A stretch of DNA of 64,000 bases, taken from contig JAVJNR010000005.1 in NCBI GenBank assembly GCA_040217195.1, positions 553,669 to 617,668 on the forward strand, read 5' to 3'. Numbering within the stretch: the stretch's first letter is position 1; each line of letters opens with the position of its first letter. This stretch comes from Leptospiraceae bacterium (lineage in GTDB: Bacteria; Spirochaetota; Leptospiria; Leptospirales; Leptonemataceae). Under the pieces are notes generated by a model. That model had not been told where the DNA came from. It searched no databases and worked only from the letters and a program-made list of their open reading frames with translations. Below, one piece after another: positions 62,341 through 64,000 of the stretch. The translations under genes and the position numbers were made by a program.

Positions 62341-62601
62341 CGCTCGTTGTAGTCAGAGGCCCTGGTTGGCTCTGGGCCGGAATTGCAGGCCTCAACGTTC
62401 GCCTTATTGCTGATCAATGACAATAAGGCGAACCCGCGCGCCGAAGGCGAAACCAATATTCTAAACATGGTACGCCTCATTCCCACCAGCGAGGCATCTG
62501 ACGAACGAGAGCAGCTGCTTCGCGCGAGGGTGCCGCTTGATCAGATGAGTTCTTCGAGCCTACAGACCAATAGCTTAGGCAGGTAGAGTTCTGAAGACAG
62601 C

Positions 62602-63336
62602 CTATACATCTCTGAATGGACTATGATAGTGACCAGACGCCCCCTTTTTTTCATCGAAGAACCAGCCCTCTGGAACTGGACAGTATCTAAGTAGAGTATC
62701 CCGACGCGCACGAACTAAGCCAGAATCACTATTACCATAGCTTCCCAGATCGAGGAGAATCCCATTATTGTATGATTTGCTCAGCTGTATTTCTTCTACT
62801 TCTTTTTCCCAATGTTCTAGAGGCAGTTGGCTCGAAGCGCGGCTACCAAATATTGTCTTATCAAAAACTGTCGGTATGTATTTTTTGAGGACATGGGCTG
62901 GCAGAATCAATGTGGGCTTTTTGGTTCCCAATACATATCCTGCTTCTCTTCCGAAGGACAGCTCCTCTTCTCTCAAGGTGTGCACAAATCCAAATTGAAC
63001 GTCCCAAATCCGCGCGAACTGGTCAAAAAGGGATGCGAAGACACTGAGATTGGTCTGCGTGGCCTCTCCCCTGACCGAATACATGACCAGCTCTGAATCT
63101 CTCCTTGGCAAGTAAATGGCACCGTCGATTTCCTTCGCTCCATCCCAGAAGAATGGCCAATCCCAAAATTCCGCCAGATCTTTCTCTGAATACGGTTGAT
63201 CAACTGGCTCAGTGTTCCCCACGGTAATCGGAGATAGGAGCGGACTGACCTTTGATAATTGGCGGAAGAACTCCACCCATTCGGAAACGGACTTTCCCCC
63301 CCGCATGAATATTTCCATCGTTATGAAATTCTTCAT
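62602..63336 (-). CDS. Probable polymorphic-toxin immunity protein
   Basis: 244-aa aromatic-rich cytoplasmic ORF starting about 30 nt downstream of the toxin tip; assignment is positional. Confidence 0.6.
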   Translation of the reverse strand: MKNFITMEIFMRGGKSVSEWVEFFRQLSKVSPLLSPITVGNTEPVDQPYSEKDLAEFWDWPFFWDGAKEIDGAIYLPRRDSELVMYSVRGEATQTNLSVFASLFDQFARIWDVQFGFVHTLREEELSFGREAGYVLGTKKPTLILPAHVLKKYIPTVFDKTIFGSRASSQLPLEHWEKEVEEIQLSKSYNNGILLDLGSYGNSDSGLVRARRDTLLRYCPVPEGWFFDEKKGASGHYHSPFRDV

Positions 63337-63367
63337 CACATTTACAAAACAAAAGTCAAATTGCAGC

Positions 63368-63859
63368 CTAGTCAAAAACCTTCCACATTCGCCACTGGAG
63401 AGGGTCAAACCTATAGACATCGCCCCCTGCCTCAAACAAGGCGCGCTGTAGCCGGGGAGTGAGCCTCGTTTCCGGTGCCACCATCAGCTGAAAAGCCTTA
63501 TTCTCCATTCTCGCAAGTTTCATTTCTCGTTGAATTTGATCGGTTAAGTCGAGTTTCTTGGTATTGCTCTTTATCTCACCAATTAACTCATCAGTGTAGA
63601 TATCCGGTTGAATAAATTTGCGGCCCTTGCGGGGCAGATCGATTCCGACTTGGACCACCCTGCCCGCATCATCGATATATCTCCTGGCTGATTCCTCAAA
63701 TATGTGGCCACGCAGGTTGACAAATTGTCCCCTCGCAACCTTACTCAACTTAGCCATATTGACTTTCTTTGCTTGCTTGTACAAGGATCTCAGCTCCTTG
63801 GTACTTCATTTCTCTACGCCATTTTTTCCCGGCATGGGTCCAAGTGGCCCACCCATATA
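63368..63859 (-). pseudogene. Orphan C-terminal toxin fragment, Tox-REase-7-like PD-(D/E)xK nuclease
   Basis: GHIFE...FIQPDIYTDELIGEIKSNTKKLDLTDQIQRE...FQLMVAPETRLTPRL; in-frame TGA at 63806-63808; abuts the IS3 end at 63860. Confidence 0.75.
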
Positions 63860-64000
63860 TGGACTGCTCCAGTTTTTTCGGACACCTTTCAGGCAACCCT
63901 TTGCATTTCAAACTGCTCCGGGGATATATTCCCCAGGTAGCTATGCTTCCTTCTACGATTGTAGAACAACTCGATATAGTTAAATATCCGATTACGAGCA
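63860..64000 (-). mobile_element. IS3-family insertion sequence, right end (continues beyond the window)
   Basis: Terminal IR TGGACTGCTCCAGTTTTTTCGGACACC at 63860-63886, directly after the transposase stop. Confidence 0.88.
63889..63999 (-). CDS. IS3-family transposase OrfB, C-terminal fragment
   Basis: Manual translation ARNRIFNYIELFYNRRRKHSYLGNISPEQFEMQRVA*, typical IS3 YNxxRxHSxLGxxSP motif. Confidence 0.9.
   Translation of the reverse strand, partial: ARNRIFNYIELFYNRRRKHSYLGNISPEQFEMQRVA

Overview
Bacterial chromosomal window of roughly 50% GC (judged by eye). The gene repertoire suggests a Leptospiraceae spirochete, possibly from a saline habitat; this is inferred from a 7TM-type adenylate cyclase, a HAMP-SpoIIE-TPR phosphatase, DUF1574+MBOAT, a GLxxGLxN surface-repeat lipoprotein, SH3 lipoproteins, a cNMP-TPR protein and betaine synthesis genes. 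About 50 CDSs are present. Stress genes: oxyR, ahpC, ahpF, a MerR/DJ-1 divergon and a catalase-like heme protein. Metabolic and transport genes: a split PPK2 pair, folM-like/folK, a choline-to-betaine operon, rpiA, mutA-mutB-meaB, chrA and an acyl-CoA dehydrogenase. A core envelope operon spans about 45.2-60 kb. The right edge holds an orphan Tox-REase-7 toxin tip with a probable immunity gene, cut off by an IS3 element. The most notable observations are: (1) a composite non-coding region at 44.56-45.2 kb, with four ~49-bp hairpin tandem repeats followed by two structured units rich in CsrA-type A(N)GGA-loop hairpins and a related element near 62.1-62.3 kb; (2) a close bacterial homologue of the animal choline transporter CHT1/SLC5A7 leading betB-betA; (3) a divergent LpxC-fold deacetylase with HKxxD changed to HExxD; (4) an NmlR/AdhR-like operator driving a lipoprotein-type DJ-1 enzyme. 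No rRNA, tRNA or CRISPR array was recognised. All family assignments are by motif recognition, with no database searches.
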